From contig BQFW01000012.1 in assembly GCA_020891255.1 (NCBI GenBank), positions 806,001 to 870,000 on the forward strand: DNA of 64,000 nt, read 5' to 3'. The position numbers and the translations under genes were made by a program. The DNA comes from Entomortierella parvispora E1425. Lineage: Eukaryota > Fungi > Mortierellomycota. Of the stretch, positions 61,201 through 64,000 are shown piece after piece. The notes under the pieces are model-generated. The model had not been told where the DNA came from and searched no databases. It worked only from the letters and a program-made list of their open reading frames with translations. Each line of letters opens with the position of its first letter. The stretch's first letter is position 1.

Positions 61201-64000
61201 CTCGCAAGTTCGTTGAGATCTTTGCCGCCGATAACCACCCCCAGCGTGTCACCAGGTAAGTCACTACTTCAGAGTATGACAATGGCATCAGGGCCATATA
61301 GTTTTCTAACCCCAATTGATTGAATTCTGCACTCCAACGTAGCTATGAGGTCAGCTTCTTGTCCATGGTCCTTCCCCAGGACCGTCTTTCCACCAAGCTT
61401 TCCCACATTGGAATGATCAACGGCAAGAAGATCATCAAGGTCGAAACATTCAACCAGAACGGCAGCAAGGTAACATATTCGCCGTCTTGGTTGATTTGTC
61501 AAATGAACTCTTGTGGCATCCAATATCTAACCAGTCATTATCTGATTTCTAGGTCGTCGAGGGTACTGCCGAGATCGATCAGCCCACCATTGCTTACGTC
61601 TTCACCGGTCAGGGATCTCAGGAGCAGGGGATGGGAATGGCCCTTTACGACTCATCCCCTGTTGCCAAGGACATCTGGCAGAGAGCCGATCGCCATTTCT
61701 TGGAGAACTATGGTACGATTCAGGTCAAAGAATATCACAGGTGTTAATTTGGACATGGCAAGGTGTCTAAATATGACTATTGCTGTTTTTCATAGGTTTC
61801 TCCATTTTGGATATTGTCCGTAACAACCCTCTCAAGAAGACTATCCACTTTGGTGGTCCCAAGGGAAATGCTATCCGTCAGAACTACATGTCGATGCGTT
61901 ATGATATTGTTGAGCAGGACGGATCCATCAAGTCCTTGCCCCTCTTCCCCGGTATTAACGAGACCACGCACTTCTACACCTTCCAGTCCCCCAACGGTCT
62001 CTTGGCTGCTACTCAGTTCACTCAGCCTGCCTTGACCTTGATGGAGAAGGCCGCTTTCGAGGACATGCGCTCCAAGGGATTGATCCAGGGTAACTGTGCT
62101 TTCGCTGGTCACTCACTCGGAGAGTACTCTGCTCTTGCCTCCATTGGTGATGTTCTTCCTATCGAGTCCCTGGTCGATGTCGTCTTTTACCGTGGTATGA
62201 CCATGCAGGTCGCCGTACCCCGTGATGCCGTCGGACGTTCCAACTATGGAATGGTTGCCATCAACCCCTCGCGTGTTTCTCCCACCTTCAACGACTCTGC
62301 TCTTCGTTATGTCGTTGATGCTATTGCCAGACAGTCGAACGGACTCTTGGAGATTGTCAACGAGAACGTGGAGAACTGGCAGTATGTCGCTGCTGGTGAG
62401 CTCTCGAACTTGGATGCTCTGTCCACTGTTTTGAACTACCTCAAGGTTCAGAAGATCGATCTTCAGAAGCTCATGGAGACCATGCCTCTCGAGGAAGTCA
62501 AGAAGCATCTTTCGCAGATCATTGCAGGCGCTTTGGAGAAGGTTGCTGAGAAGTTGGCAAAGGATGGTATTATCAAGCCTGAGCGTGGTGTCGCTACCAT
62601 TCCCTTGGCCGGTATTGATGTTCCTTTCCACTCCAGCTTCTTGCTCTCCGGTGTCGCTCCTTTCCGTACCTACTTGGCCAAGAAGATCAACCCCACGTTC
62701 ATCAACGTGCCCCTTCTGACTGCCAAGTACATTCCTAACTTGACTGCTCAGCCTTTCAGCATTGAGAAGTCTTACATCGAGGGTGTCTACAACCTTACCT
62801 CCTCCCCTCGCCTCGCCAAGGTTCTCAAGAACTGGGTTGACACCAAGCTTACTGCCAAGCAGCAGCAGCGTCTCGGCTACACTTTGTTGGTTGAGTTGCT
62901 CGCCTACCAGTTCGCCTCTCCTGTGCGCTGGATCGAGACCCAAGACCGTTTGTTCAAGGAGTACAACGTTGTCCGCCTGATCGAAGTCGGACCTTCCCCT
63001 ACCCTTTGCGGTATGGCTCAACGCACCTTGAAGTTCAAGTATGAGGCTTATGACGATGCCTTGACCTTCCAGCGCTCTACTCTTTGCACCTCCAAGGATG
63101 CCAAGGAGATCTACTACGCCATGGATAACGTTGAGTCGTCAGCACCTGCCCCTGCTGCCACCCCCGCCGCTCCTGTTGCCCGCGCCGCCCCTGTTGCTGT
63201 GGCTGCTCCTGCTCCAGTTGCTGCTGCCGCTGGCCCCGCTGCAGCTGTGGCTGACGCTCCCATCAAGGCCGTTGAGATTTTGCACGTCCTTGTTGCACAG
63301 AAGGTCAAGAAGACTTTGGAAGAGGTTCCTCTCTCCAAGGCCATCAAGGATCTTGTCGGAGGCAAGTCTACTCTTCAGAACGAGATTCTCGGTGATCTTC
63401 AGAAGGAGTTCGGAGGCAGTGGATTCCCCGAGAAGGGTGAGGAAGCCCCCTTGGAGGAGCTCGCCAATGCTCTTCAGGGCAACTTCAACGGCGCTCTTGG
63501 TAAGCAGACCACTTCCTTGATCTCAAAGATGATCGGATCCAAGATGCCTGGTGGTTTCTCCCTTTCGACTGCCAAGTCTTACTTGGCCAAGACTCACGGA
63601 CTTGGACCTGTTCGTGCTGATGCTGCGCTCTTGGTCGGATTGACTATGGAGCCCGCTGCTCGTCTTGGTGCTGTTCCGGAGGCCAACGCTTGGTTGGACT
63701 CTGTGGCTCAGGCCTATGCCCGCCGTGCAGGAATCTCTTTGTCCGCTGGAGCTCCTGCCGGCGCCGCTCCCGTCATGATGGCTGCTGCTGCCCCTGCCGG
63801 CGCTGCCGGACCTGCCGCTGTCGCTGATGCCCCTATCAAGGCCATTGACATCCTTCACGTCATTGTTGCTCAGAAGATCAAGAAGACCGTTGATGAGGTT
63901 CCTCTCTCCAAGGCCATCAAAGATCTTGTCGGAGGCAAGTCTACTCTTCAGAACGAGATTCTCGGTGACCTTCAGAAGGAATTTGGAGGCAGTGGATTCC
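55285..64000 (+). CDS. Fungal type I fatty acid synthase as a single fused beta-alpha chain (AT-ER-DH-MPT-ACP-ACP...), truncated by the window end; at least 6 introns (first 55534-56368)
   Basis: [10 protein letters not shown]; ER VAGMTPS and [19 protein letters not shown]; [16 protein letters not shown] and TITHGMW; [12 protein letters not shown]. The frame reads straight into the FAS2-type [18 protein letters not shown] and [17 protein letters not shown]. Confidence 0.97.
63253..64000 (+). repeat. Tandem duplicated ACP domain coding sequence (573-nt period)
   Basis: Two DAPIKA...[22 protein letters not shown] blocks, with the carrier Ser codons at 63367 and 63940. Confidence 0.95.

Noticed and set aside
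57755-63021. Long minus-strand ORFs (403, 581 and 302 aa) opposite FAS, and similar ones opposite G6PD and the acid phosphatase
   Set aside because: Antisense shadows expected from strongly biased codon usage in highly expressed genes.
772-64000. G6PD, lipase and FAS in one window as a lipid-metabolism cluster
   Set aside because: They are separated by many unrelated housekeeping genes over >50 kb, with no sign of co-regulated clustering.

Overview
Gene-dense, intron-containing fungal genomic DNA. Short GT-AG introns, a single-chain FAS and the gene content suggest an early-diverging fungus such as Mortierellaceae/Mucoromycota (inference). About 18 host genes and one tRNA-Gln are recognisable: G6PD, PPX1/Prune, an MFSD1-like transporter, a GILT-like thiol reductase, a class 3 lipase, VAC8, a MARVEL-like protein, RTC3-like, APC4, PUS4, an acid phosphatase, a multicopper oxidase, C1D, SEC22, PDI, PUB1/TIA1, NDUFA8, and the 5' part of a fused beta-alpha fatty acid synthase with tandem ACPs. 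The standout is a complete 6253-bp DNA transposon at 43368-49620. It has 553-bp terminal inverted repeats (TAG...CTA) and an exact 9-bp target-site duplication (ACAATCGCG). It carries two convergent genes, a DUF6589/Academ-type DDE transposase and a RecQ-like SF2 helicase, which is AcademH architecture. Its three reading-frame breaks all lie in A/T homopolymers. Beside it is an intact, spliced MULE-SWIM transposase gene with no visible TIRs, just upstream of the FAS promoter. Exon boundaries were read by eye and domain names come from motif recognition, not database searches.
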